From assembly GCA_050298055.1 (NCBI GenBank), contig JBNKTL010000022.1, forward strand, positions 1-64,000: a stretch of 64,000 nt of DNA. The letters run 5' to 3'. The DNA comes from Spirochaetota bacterium. Its GTDB lineage: Bacteria > Spirochaetota > UBA4802 > UBA5550. The notes under the pieces are model-generated. The model ran no database searches, was not told the origin of the DNA, and was given only the letters and a program-made list of their open reading frames with translations. Shown one piece after another: positions 51,386 to 60,698 of the stretch. Positions within the stretch are counted from its first letter, which is position 1. Each line of letters starts with the position of its first letter. Both the position numbers and the translations under genes were made by a program.

Positions 51386-53209
51386 TTACTTCAACTCACC
51401 AATCAATTTTGATGAGACACTTTCACTTTCTTCAATAATTTTTTCAATTTTAAGTTCTTTTGCTGAAACATCAATAACTATATTTCCGTCAGCAAGATCA
51501 CTCTTTTTTTTATGAAACTGGTTTCTGTATTCAAGGTCAATGTAATCCCGGAAGAATTTGAGCACCCTTTCACTCCTGAACTCCATCTTTTCCCTGTTGT
51601 TTACGGAAACATAGTATATTTCATCAATATCTGTCCTGAACAGCTCCTCGACCCTGACCCTGTAAAATGGGTACCCGGAGTTGTACGGCTTTGAGTTGAT
51701 TTCCGCAGATTCAAAAACAGGGTAACTTACAATTGATGCCTCCATAATATCTTTGAGATTACCGGTTGTAAACAACCTGCTGTTATCCGTACCCGATTCA
51801 CAGAGCAGGGCGGCAGGTATTGTCCTGTAGTTCTCTATTCTCCTTTCCCTGCATATCTCGTTTGCGTATTTTGCCACTGAATTCTTTTTAAACATAAATT
51901 TGTCCGGGAATACAACATCAAGAAAGCTCTTTATTCTCTCTTCGGAAAAGAAATCACGTATCCGGCTGTTAAACACTTCCCTGTTTTCCGAGAGAATACT
52001 GAGCAGGAGGACAATGTAGCCGAATGACGATGAAAGCATGAGATGGAAGGGAATACCCGAATCATCAAGGGCATTAAAAAAACCGCCGTAACAGGACGAC
52101 TCAAGCAGGCTGGATTCAAAAACCAGGCCCCGCTTTTTATCGGCAATAAGCCCTGAAATTTCTTCAATAACGGGTTTATCCCTGAGGTTTAAAAGGTTTT
52201 CCCGCATACTCTTCCCGTTTTCCAGGTCATATTTTTCAAGAATAAGCCCGCCCTGAAAATTATGCTGGGGACCCGCACTCTGTTCATTTATCATTGTGAA
52301 AAGCCTCTGCCCCTCTCTCAGGTTCTCGTCCAGAACGGGATAGAGATCAGGGAGGTCCTTCATTCTGTTTACAATACAGAAAAGCGTGTCCGAAAGCTCA
52401 AGGGCCGCGTTTCTCAACCCGGTATCGCTGTGGGAAAGATCGAAAATAAAATACCTGTATTCCCTGGAGAGGATAAAGAGTATGGGTGATAAGATTGACG
52501 GATCGACTTTCACCTTGGAACCAAAGGATATATTAATAATGTGGAGGTTTTCATCAACCTCTTCGATCCTTTCATGTATCATCTCCTCTACCGAAGGGCT
52601 GCTAACCTGTTTCTGGGACAGGGGTGATGTTACTTTTATATCAAAGAAGTCAAAAACGGACCTCCCCTCATAGGAGAGGTCAAAAATTATGGTTTTTCCT
52701 TTTGAAGAGAGGGCAGTCCCCAGGAGAGAGGAGAGAAAAGTTTTGCCGCATTCTCTTAAGTGGCTGTATATGGTTATGACCCTGCTCTGGTTATCAAAGT
52801 ATCTCTTACCGATATCAGTAATCTCAAAGCCCAGTTTCTTTACCGACCTGATATATCCTCTGAGACCCTTTCGTGTAGTCAGGAAGAGCCTGTAGAGTCC
52901 CTCCTCGCTTATCATCATTATGGTGGAATCCACAACGGCCCGTATGGATCCATACTGTCCCCTGTTTGAGAAAGGGAGGTCTCCGAAAAATGATCCCGGG
53001 GAGAGGTAGACAATCTCTTTTTTCCCATGGGCTTCGATCTCGAAAACACCGTCTATGATCACATTGAGTGAACTGGACTTTCTGAGGTCAAATGTCTGGT
53101 TCTGCCGTACATTGGATATGCGGCCTATCTTATGGAGATATGCGATCTCTTCATCAGAAAAATGCCTGAAAAACGGGATCTCCTGTAGTATTTTACTGAT
53201 ATAATTCAT
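51386..53209 (-). CDS. cNMP-binding + ParA/MinD-like + degenerate patatin-like fusion
   Basis: IPFF..FS.EE...G.FFGD...RA (cNMP), ECGKT/IIFDL/FIFDL (P-loop), C-terminal patatin-like fold lacking canonical motifs. Confidence 0.65.
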   Translation of the reverse strand: MNYISKILQEIPFFRHFSDEEIAYLHKIGRISNVRQNQTFDLRKSSSLNVIIDGVFEIEAHGKKEIVYLSPGSFFGDLPFSNRGQYGSIRAVVDSTIMMISEEGLYRLFLTTRKGLRGYIRSVKKLGFEITDIGKRYFDNQSRVITIYSHLRECGKTFLSSLLGTALSSKGKTIIFDLSYEGRSVFDFFDIKVTSPLSQKQVSSPSVEEMIHERIEEVDENLHIINISFGSKVKVDPSILSPILFILSREYRYFIFDLSHSDTGLRNAALELSDTLFCIVNRMKDLPDLYPVLDENLREGQRLFTMINEQSAGPQHNFQGGLILEKYDLENGKSMRENLLNLRDKPVIEEISGLIADKKRGLVFESSLLESSCYGGFFNALDDSGIPFHLMLSSSFGYIVLLLSILSENREVFNSRIRDFFSEERIKSFLDVVFPDKFMFKKNSVAKYANEICRERRIENYRTIPAALLCESGTDNSRLFTTGNLKDIMEASIVSYPVFESAEINSKPYNSGYPFYRVRVEELFRTDIDEIYYVSVNNREKMEFRSERVLKFFRDYIDLEYRNQFHKKKSDLADGNIVIDVSAKELKIEKIIEESESVSSKLIGELK

Positions 53210-53233
53210 TAAACTGGATTGCGGACTTGGTCT

Positions 53234-54583
53234 CTATATCTTTTTTAGTATGTCAATCAGGTCATTTTTATTCAATGTATCTATGGGCCGGGTATTGGCA
53301 AATTCAACAGCCTTGGGTGTATAGTCTCCCGTGGTTATGACCATGATCCTGGTTGCATTCTTCAGTTTCATGGACTCGTGCAGTCTTCTCAGCAGGGACT
53401 CCTGAACACTCTCTGTTGTTCTTATGATCCTGATAATACGGTTTGTCTGCCGCGTGTTTCTCCACTTGCCCTCTGTTTCGGTGGCGATGATCTCAATTTC
53501 CGTATCATTGATGATCTCTATGTCCGTTATATTAAAACCCATTCCCTGACAGATCTTTCTGCACATGAGCTCAAACTGCGAGAGCCCCGCGATCATAAAA
53601 TCCTTTATCCTGTCATCCTGCCTGAACTCGGCAAAATTCCTGAGCTTCTCCTGGACATCCCTGAACTTCGGATTGATCTCGGCTATTCTTTCCCAGTTTT
53701 TGATTGCAGATGTAATATCCCTCATCTTCTCCTGGCATTCTGCCATAAAATACCTGAGATTAAGCTCTGTGTCACTGCCGCCCCTGGCATACTTGATCCC
53801 CCTGTCAAACTCCTGTATAGCCTTTGGATAGTGTCCCCTCTCCATATGGCACGATCCTTTGGCCAGGAAGCTCTTCACCTTGAGTTCATCGTTCTTCTGC
53901 GCGGTTTCGAACTCCTTAATTGCCCATTCGTAATCATTGAGTTGTCTCAGAACAAGACCGAGGAAATAATGGGCCTTATAATTTTTGGGGTTCAGCTTTA
54001 TTGCATTAATGAACATCTGCTTGGAATCTGAGTGAAGATTGTTCCTGTAGTGGATCTGTCCCAGGTAGTAGTACGCCATCTCACAATTGGGATTTATGGT
54101 AACGCACTTTTTCAGAAAACCGGAGGCCTTGTCCATGGAACCGATATTATAAAAGATGACCCCCAGTTCATAATAGTTTTCAAAGTTGTCAGGGTCGATT
54201 TTTGTCAGTATGAGATACTCCTTTTTGGCTTCCTCCAGGGATTTTCTCTCCCTGTAGAGCCTGGCCAGGTCTCTTCTTACTTCCACTTCCCTTATCATCT
54301 CATTAAACCTGCCCAGTTTAAGGACCTGCCTGTATTCAATGATTGCATACTGGGAGTTGTTCTCAGCGGAATAGGCCCGGGCAAGTAAAAAATGGGCATT
54401 AGCATTCCGATCATCCTTTTCTATTATATCATTAAGTTTCTTGATGGCCGCCTTTATCTGTCCGTTTTCAATCATTCTGGCTATTTCATCGATCTTCTTG
54501 GGTAAAACAAGTGTGTTCACAAGATAGAACACAATTATCCCCAGAATAATAAAGAAAACAAATATCATTATATAGGTTAACAT
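53234..54583 (-). CDS. Membrane-anchored TPR protein with C-terminal Mrr-like domain
   Basis: N-terminal TM, about 8 TPRs, FELMCRKICQGMGF...VITTGDYT..A.EFA..RPI. Confidence 0.82.
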   Translation of the reverse strand: MLTYIMIFVFFIILGIIVFYLVNTLVLPKKIDEIARMIENGQIKAAIKKLNDIIEKDDRNANAHFLLARAYSAENNSQYAIIEYRQVLKLGRFNEMIREVEVRRDLARLYRERKSLEEAKKEYLILTKIDPDNFENYYELGVIFYNIGSMDKASGFLKKCVTINPNCEMAYYYLGQIHYRNNLHSDSKQMFINAIKLNPKNYKAHYFLGLVLRQLNDYEWAIKEFETAQKNDELKVKSFLAKGSCHMERGHYPKAIQEFDRGIKYARGGSDTELNLRYFMAECQEKMRDITSAIKNWERIAEINPKFRDVQEKLRNFAEFRQDDRIKDFMIAGLSQFELMCRKICQGMGFNITDIEIINDTEIEIIATETEGKWRNTRQTNRIIRIIRTTESVQESLLRRLHESMKLKNATRIMVITTGDYTPKAVEFANTRPIDTLNKNDLIDILKKI

Positions 54584-54879
54584 AGAATACCGGTTTCCTG
54601 TCTTTCATTAATTATGTGGAATAATGTATATTCAAATTATAATTTTTTATTACTCATTAAAATTGTCAAACCTTCGTCACCCAGGGTTCTGTTCATTATC
54701 ATATTTATTCTTATGTGCATAGCTGAGCAGATATCAATTTTTAATAAAATCATATAACATGATATTTGTCAAGATTGTTATATGTAATCCTTTTGTACAG
54801 TTTATTTATGGGTACAGCTAAAAATTACACTAAAATTAATATTGACAAATACTCCCATTACAAAAACATGTTTTTCACC

Positions 54880-54952
<73 letters not shown>

Positions 54953-55002
54953 GATTTCCCTCTTTTCCCTTTATTTATTAAATATTCGATGTCCGGAACT
55001 CC

Positions 55003-55030
55003 GTAGCCACAGGTTTAAACCTGTGGCTAC
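55003..55030. repeat. Perfect 28-bp GTAG...CTAC palindrome with GTTTAAAC core
   Basis: GTAGCCACAGGTTT/AAACCTGTGGCTAC; followed by TTTT, so it may also terminate the tRNA transcript. Confidence 0.7.
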
Positions 55031-55130
55031 TTTTAATAAGAATTGATTTTTCTTTATTGGAGGTCACAAATTGTGATCTCCAAATAATTTAATTTTATGC
55101 AAAATAAAAAATGTGGTTATTTATAACATT

Positions 55131-55322
55131 CTACCCGTCTATCTCTATGGCTTCGGCCCCGCATTCTTTTGCCGCCTGCCTGCACAATTCCTCATACTCT
55201 TTCGGAATTTCATCAAACTTCACAATGGAGAGGAGCTGATCGTCATCAAACTCAAAGACCTCCGGACAGAGTTTGTTACAGTTTTTATCTCCCATACACT
55301 CTTTTGTAATTCTGACTTTCAT
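55131..55322 (-). CDS. Monocluster ferredoxin (CxxDxxC)
   Basis: MKVRITKECMGDKNCNKLCPEVF...AAKECGAEAI; AAGGAGG RBS. Confidence 0.9.
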   Translation of the reverse strand: MKVRITKECMGDKNCNKLCPEVFEFDDDQLLSIVKFDEIPKEYEELCRQAAKECGAEAIEIDG

Positions 55323-55467
55323 ATGGTCCTCCTTGAATAATGAATTAAGGACGCAAAATAAACACCGATATTCGAACAACTGACCGAGCAATAATTATTT
55401 ACCAAGTCAGATATTACGAAAGGATTACGGAATCTGCAAGAACTTTTTTGCTATGAATGGAATAACT

Positions 55468-55968
55468 CTACTCAGCGTACTCCTCGGCAAACTCATCCCC
55501 ATGGATCGTAACAAGTTTCTCGATGAAGTACTTTTTTGCCCCCACCGGCATATTCACTTCAAACTCTTCCCCTGCACTTTTATCTCTCAGGGCATTGCCG
55601 ATGGGTGATGAGAGGGATATTTTCCCCTCGGAGGGATTCACCTCGTCTGAAGAGACAATAGTGAATATAAGCCTGTTTTCATCTGTAATATTATAAATAG
55701 TGACCTCAGAACCGAAGCCGACCTTCCCTTCCGGGATATCGGACATATTCATATCGCTCAGCTGGCTCAGATGTGCAGTTAACTGGGATATTCTGGCTTT
55801 CACAAAGGACTGCCTCTCCCTGGCCGCATGGTATTCCGCGTTCTCCTTCAGGTCACCATACGCCCTCGCCTCCGCGATGACCTTTGGAAGCTCGATTTTG
55901 TATTCATGCTTGAGCTTGTTCAGCTCCTCTTTAATTTCATTTTTTTTATCATCAAGACTGTTACTCAT
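55468..55968 (-). CDS. greA: Transcription elongation factor GreA
   Basis: AR..GDLKENAEYHAARE, ISLSSPIG.AL. Confidence 0.92.
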   Translation of the reverse strand: MSNSLDDKKNEIKEELNKLKHEYKIELPKVIAEARAYGDLKENAEYHAARERQSFVKARISQLTAHLSQLSDMNMSDIPEGKVGFGSEVTIYNITDENRLIFTIVSSDEVNPSEGKISLSSPIGNALRDKSAGEEFEVNMPVGAKKYFIEKLVTIHGDEFAEEYAE

Positions 55969-56001
55969 TTCATCCACCTCTGAAACCTCGTTTGCGATTT
56001 C

Positions 56002-56130
56002 CTAATCCTCTTCGTTTATCTTAATAAGCAGTTTAATATTTTTACCCTTGTCCCTTTTTACCGTAAACCCGTTCTCTTTCAATGACTTTTCAATTTTGTA
56101 GGATATTAAATCAACAACTTTTTCAACCAT
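56002..56130 (-). CDS. 42-aa small ORF upstream of greA, absent from ORF track
   Basis: GGAG RBS; MVEKVVDLISYKIEKSLKENGFTVKRDKGKNIKLLIKINEED. Confidence 0.55.
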   Translation of the reverse strand: MVEKVVDLISYKIEKSLKENGFTVKRDKGKNIKLLIKINEED

Positions 56131-56197
56131 GCAGTCACTCCATAAAGTAAGTTATTACTACCCGGCTATATTGATAAAAAATATTTACTTACTAAAA

Positions 56198-56229
56198 TAT
56201 TAACAATATGTCCCCGCCGCCTCTGGCGG
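56198..56229. repeat. REP-like family A, copy 5 (right arm truncated)
   Basis: AACAATATGTCCCCGCCGCC-TCT-GGCGG. Confidence 0.7.
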
Positions 56230-56325
56230 TTATGTTTCTCTAAAAATAAAAATATTTATCTATAGCTGAATAATTACAATCTCCCTTTATTATTCGGTTA
56301 TCCTCACACAATTATTAAGTACACA

Positions 56326-56757
56326 CTAATCACATTTATCGATCAGAACAGGTTCGAAAGATCTTTTTTTCCTGAGAACAGGGCTCACAAGCCTGATAAT
56401 AACAAATGCCAGGGCAATCCCTGCAATCCCCGCAAAAATGGAAGCTGTTTCTTCTTTCATTCCCATAAAATCGCTGTAAAAGCCCCCGATCATCATCCCC
56501 GCAATCAGCATAACAACCGGGAAAAGATAGAGCAAAAACGAAGCCATCACCACGCCCTTCTCCTCTATCCCAAAATTCACCCTCTCCCCCGGATGAACAT
56601 CCAGGTTTTTTTTTATCCAGAGTTTCCTGCTCCTGCCATTGCTTCCCATCATGCATGAGCCCTTGGCGTGACATGAGCCGCACCCGGAGCCTGCTTCCAC
56701 CTCCACAAGCACCCTCTCCTCTTCAACGATCTTTACTGTTCCTGTTTCAATTGCCAT
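56326..56757 (-). CDS. RseC/MucC family protein
   Basis: E.G.V, CGSC....SC, LLYLFP, two TM. Confidence 0.88.
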   Translation of the reverse strand: MAIETGTVKIVEEERVLVEVEAGSGCGSCHAKGSCMMGSNGRSRKLWIKKNLDVHPGERVNFGIEEKGVVMASFLLYLFPVVMLIAGMMIGGFYSDFMGMKEETASIFAGIAGIALAFVIIRLVSPVLRKKRSFEPVLIDKCD

Positions 56758-56864
56758 TTATCTCTGCAACCCATTGTTATTTCTTTAAACATAATTTATG
56801 ATGAAACTCTCTCAAGATTTGCCGCAGTTATATATTAATACTAAAGAGAAAATTAAGTATTTTG

Positions 56865-57080
56865 AACCGCCAAGACGCAAAGGGCGCAAAGTCTAAAAAA
56901 TGATAAATAGTGAATTTTAAAATATTAAGTTATCTGATCATAAACAATTTCTTTTATTTAACATTTATGACTCGGCATTATAAAACTCTTTCTCCGTGAG
57001 AAACTACTTCTTTTCTTTCTTTCTTTCTTTGCGCTCTTTGCGCTCTTTGCGCTCTTTGCGCTCTTTGCGTCTTTGCGGTT
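56865..57080. repeat. 216-bp element bounded by inverted CGCAAAG/CTTTGCG nonamer arrays (MITE-like)
   Basis: Left end AACCGCCAAGACGCAAAGGGCGCAAAG; right end (CTTTGCGCT)x4 CTTTGCGT CTTTGCGGTT; 27-bp inverted match with 2 mismatches. Confidence 0.75.
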
Positions 57081-57109
57081 TTAAAACTTTCTTCTGAATC
57101 TTAAACTTC

Positions 57110-58528
57110 TTATTCTAAATCCTTTTGATCAATCACGACAACGGTGCCGAACCGGGCAAGCTTTTTCTTAAGGGTTTCCGGACCCACAACAAGTTTGACA
57201 AGGCCGTTGCTGAAAAGCTTTTTCCCCTCGTCCAGTATATCACCGTCCCTGACTTTACTGATATGTCCCAGGTACCTGCTGTAGTAATCCGCGGGGAGAT
57301 CATTGTATGCGAGACTCAGGTAGTTGCTCACAATATCCGCAGGCGTATCAAACCTGAATATATAGGAGTTATAATAGGCATTCTTTGCCCACTCCAGTTC
57401 ACTCTTCTCCACAGGGAGGGTAAAGATTCTTTCAATATTGTCCCTCATGATGGGGATGACTTTATCAACATTTATATTCTTCGTCTGTGTATAAGCCAGA
57501 AATATCCCCGAGGCACCCCGGTTTCTTAATACTGAATGGGCTACATAGGCATAACCCTTCTTCACCCTTATCTCCCTGAGAAGCCGGGAGTTGAATGATC
57601 CTCCGCCCAGGATGTAATTAAGAAGCGCGAGCGTATAGTTGCCGCTGTAATGTATGTCCGGAGCCAGTGTCCCGAAAATCACTGTGGATTGCGGGATGTT
57701 CTTTTTTATCAGGTAGATATTTGAGCTTTTTTTCTTTACCGTGATCTTCAGCTTATTATAATCCGTACTGTACCTGGCCCTGCTGCCTTTATTCACACCG
57801 GAGAGATATTTTTTGAGAAGTGCAGCCGTCTCTTTATAACCGGCCGAAGAAGAGACTCCCACAACCATGTTTTCTCCTGTCATGTACCTCTTCCAGTAAC
57901 TTTTCAGGTCAGTGAGTTTAAAGGATTTCATGAGAGCGGTTTTTGCAACAGATCCGTATCCCTCACCGTCAAATATCAATTCTCTCACTTTGATAAAACC
58001 GAGATCAGCAGGGTTGTCATTTCTTCTCTTTATTTTTTCAATGAGGATTGACCTGGCAGTTTCCACAGATCTCTTTTCAAAGTTTGGATTCATGATAACA
58101 TCTGAAAGGATATCCAGGGCCCTCCCGCTGTACCGGGAGAGGACCTTAAGAGAGACCGTTATATTCTCCCATGACGAACTTATATGGAACTGGCCGCCCA
58201 TTGACTCAATCTCCTGGTAAAGCCTGTTGCCGGGATACTTTTGGGACCCTCCCAGAGAAAGGGAACGGGTAATAAGGTCCGATATTCCCGCGTCCTTTCT
58301 CCCCTCGTAGAGAGTACCGAAACCGGCAGAAACCGAGATTGTCAGCGTGGGCAGATCATTTTTTATATAATAGATCCTCATCCCGTTAGCAAAACGCGTT
58401 GATTGCACAGGGGGCATTCTGAAATTATCAGAGCCGGTGATGCCCCGTAATTCAGCCGATGTTGATACCGGGAAAAAGGAGAATATAAGTAATACCAGGT
58501 AGAGACGTAATATTTTTTTTCTTTGCAT
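57110..58528 (-). CDS. M16B peptidase, non-catalytic subunit
   Basis: M16 fold without HxxEH (GISDLIT); LGGGSFNSRL.REIR.KKG.AY. Confidence 0.88.
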   Translation of the reverse strand: MQRKKILRLYLVLLIFSFFPVSTSAELRGITGSDNFRMPPVQSTRFANGMRIYYIKNDLPTLTISVSAGFGTLYEGRKDAGISDLITRSLSLGGSQKYPGNRLYQEIESMGGQFHISSSWENITVSLKVLSRYSGRALDILSDVIMNPNFEKRSVETARSILIEKIKRRNDNPADLGFIKVRELIFDGEGYGSVAKTALMKSFKLTDLKSYWKRYMTGENMVVGVSSSAGYKETAALLKKYLSGVNKGSRARYSTDYNKLKITVKKKSSNIYLIKKNIPQSTVIFGTLAPDIHYSGNYTLALLNYILGGGSFNSRLLREIRVKKGYAYVAHSVLRNRGASGIFLAYTQTKNINVDKVIPIMRDNIERIFTLPVEKSELEWAKNAYYNSYIFRFDTPADIVSNYLSLAYNDLPADYYSRYLGHISKVRDGDILDEGKKLFSNGLVKLVVGPETLKKKLARFGTVVVIDQKDLE

Positions 58529-58529
58529 G

Positions 58530-60053
58530 CTATTTCTTCTTCCTGCTGTCATGGAGTATCCCCACAGTTCTGTTTTTTTTCGTGAAGTACTTTGCCATTG
58601 CCTCTTTTATTTCATCCAGTTTTATGCTCCTGAGAACATCAGTATAATTTAAGAGATACTCCCAGTCCCCGAATATGGTCTGGTAGTAGCTGAGGACCCT
58701 TGCAATCCCCTTATTGGTTTCAAGGCCGAAGACCATCTCCGATTCCATTGCCACAATGACTTTTTCAATGTCCTTTTTGTTTATGCTTTCTGTGAGTTTT
58801 GCCATCTCTTCGTAGACTGCCTTCTCAACCTCTTCCGGTGTATGTGGACTCCTCGGTATTGCATAAACAATAAAGAGATTATTAAACCGCGCGCCGGGTG
58901 ATCCGTTCCATGTTTTGATTGAAGTGACAATCTTTCTTTCAAGAACAAGGGCCCTGTAAAGCCTGGATGACTTGCCGCCGGAAAGGACCTCGGAAACAAC
59001 GTCAAAGATATAATCGTACCGGGAGGGAAATGAGGGCTTGTGCCAGCCTATAACGAGATAGGGATTTGACTCAAACCTGTATATGAACCGCTTCTCACCC
59101 GACTCCCCGGGCTCTCTGATGGCCACACCGGCAGGATCGGGCCTGCTCTTAATTCCGCTGAAATACTTATCAATTATTGCCAGGGTTTTATCCGTATCCT
59201 GTTTACCCACAATAGTAATAGTCATCCGTGAGGGGATATAGTATTTATTATAGAAGTTTTTCACATCCCTCAGGGAGAGGTGGGGAATATTTGATCCCCA
59301 CCCGATAATCGGGTGCCTGTAAGGATGCGCCGTAAACGCAGTGGCAAGGAACTTTTCAAATAAAGCCCCGTCACCGCTTGTGGAATACCTCATAAGTCTC
59401 TCTTCAATGACATTGTTTCTTTCCAGGTAAAATTCACGCATCACGGGGTTCCGGAGCCTTTCCGATTCAAGCTTTGCCCAGAGTTCTAGCTTCGACGAGG
59501 GGAGCTGTACATAGTAGCCGGTCTTGTCCCGGGAGGTTGACGCGTTAAATCCCACACCACCGTTTTCCGTGTAGATCCTGTCATAAGGGGCATTGACAAC
59601 AAGTTTTCCCTGCTTTTCCTGAAGTTCTTTCAGTTCTTTTTCAAGCTCCGGGATCATCCGGTTCCCGGGATTGTTCAGCTTCAGCCTGTCGATGGTCTCA
59701 CCGACCGCTTCTATCCTGCCAAGGAGCTTTTTCTCCTTTTTGAAATTCCTGGTCCCGATTTTGTCTGTTCCCTTAAAGAGCATGTGTTCAAGAAGGTGGG
59801 CCGCACCGATAGTCTTATATGTCTCATCAACGGAACCGACCCTGAAACTTACCTCAAATGCAAGTGTGGGCGCATAGCCCCTGTTAAGCATGATAACGGT
59901 TATCCCGTTTTTGAGTTTTCTCTTTACAACGTTCTTTTCCAGGTAATCCGGGGCATCGCTGACACCGGCCATAAGGTTGCCGGAAATGAATGTAAACAGT
60001 GTAATAATGACCGGGATTATTTTCCTCATGCCAACGGATCTTTTTCTTACCAT
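58530..60053 (-). CDS. M16B zinc peptidase, catalytic subunit
   Basis: GAAHLLEHMLFKGT, NASTS.D.T.Y, EER, HPYRHPIIGW; signal peptide. Confidence 0.92.
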   Translation of the reverse strand: MVRKRSVGMRKIIPVIITLFTFISGNLMAGVSDAPDYLEKNVVKRKLKNGITVIMLNRGYAPTLAFEVSFRVGSVDETYKTIGAAHLLEHMLFKGTDKIGTRNFKKEKKLLGRIEAVGETIDRLKLNNPGNRMIPELEKELKELQEKQGKLVVNAPYDRIYTENGGVGFNASTSRDKTGYYVQLPSSKLELWAKLESERLRNPVMREFYLERNNVIEERLMRYSTSGDGALFEKFLATAFTAHPYRHPIIGWGSNIPHLSLRDVKNFYNKYYIPSRMTITIVGKQDTDKTLAIIDKYFSGIKSRPDPAGVAIREPGESGEKRFIYRFESNPYLVIGWHKPSFPSRYDYIFDVVSEVLSGGKSSRLYRALVLERKIVTSIKTWNGSPGARFNNLFIVYAIPRSPHTPEEVEKAVYEEMAKLTESINKKDIEKVIVAMESEMVFGLETNKGIARVLSYYQTIFGDWEYLLNYTDVLRSIKLDEIKEAMAKYFTKKNRTVGILHDSRKKK

Positions 60054-60054
60054 G

Positions 60055-60414
60055 CTATTTCTGCTCATCTCCTTCACTGCCCTTTTTTCTCAATATTTCT
60101 TCTGCGTATATCTTCAGTTTTGGCGACACTTTGAGGGGAGGGAGCTCAACTTTCTGTTTTTTCCCAAGCATTTTCCCCAGGGCAAACATCATTCTTTCAT
60201 AGATTTCGTTTACTTTGTCCTGCCTGTTTGCCGCCTTATAAAATTTCAAAGCATAAAGGGGCTGCCTTTTCTCATAGAAGTAATAATCGGCAACCCTGAT
60301 TATTCCATCAATGTACTTAACAAGAAGGAATATTTTTGTTGCCTCTTCTATCTTTCCGTTATTAAAAAGTTCATTACCCTTACGTATAAGCTGCACTCTC
60401 TCCTTACTTTCCAT
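60055..60414 (-). CDS. Hypothetical helical protein
   Basis: 119 aa; LIRKGNELFN.G TPR-like helix; coupled to the M16 genes. Confidence 0.75.
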   Translation of the reverse strand: MESKERVQLIRKGNELFNNGKIEEATKIFLLVKYIDGIIRVADYYFYEKRQPLYALKFYKAANRQDKVNEIYERMMFALGKMLGKKQKVELPPLKVSPKLKIYAEEILRKKGSEGDEQK

Positions 60415-60698
60415 ACCCTGCTCAGTTTTTCATCTCATTAAAAACTCTGAAAAAACTGTTCCCCCTTTGTTACAAAGTGTCCGATACGATCTTTCTGAGC
60501 TTCACTCTTTTTTTAACCTGCACTCTGATATTGACAAGAAAAAAATAAGATGGATATTCAAATAATCTTGACAGGAGCAGGAGCTTATATCACCTGAATT
60601 AAAAGGTGTATGTAAAATAACAGGTAATGACTCAGCTTTATGACCATTTATATTAAAGTCGAGTTATTGCAATCACAGATATATGCAAGGAGCACTAA

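Noticed and set aside
46280..54583. Antiphage restriction system based on the Mrr-like domains
   Set aside because: Catalytic motifs look degenerate, the proteins are membrane-anchored, and the context is housekeeping-like with no methylase or mobile genes
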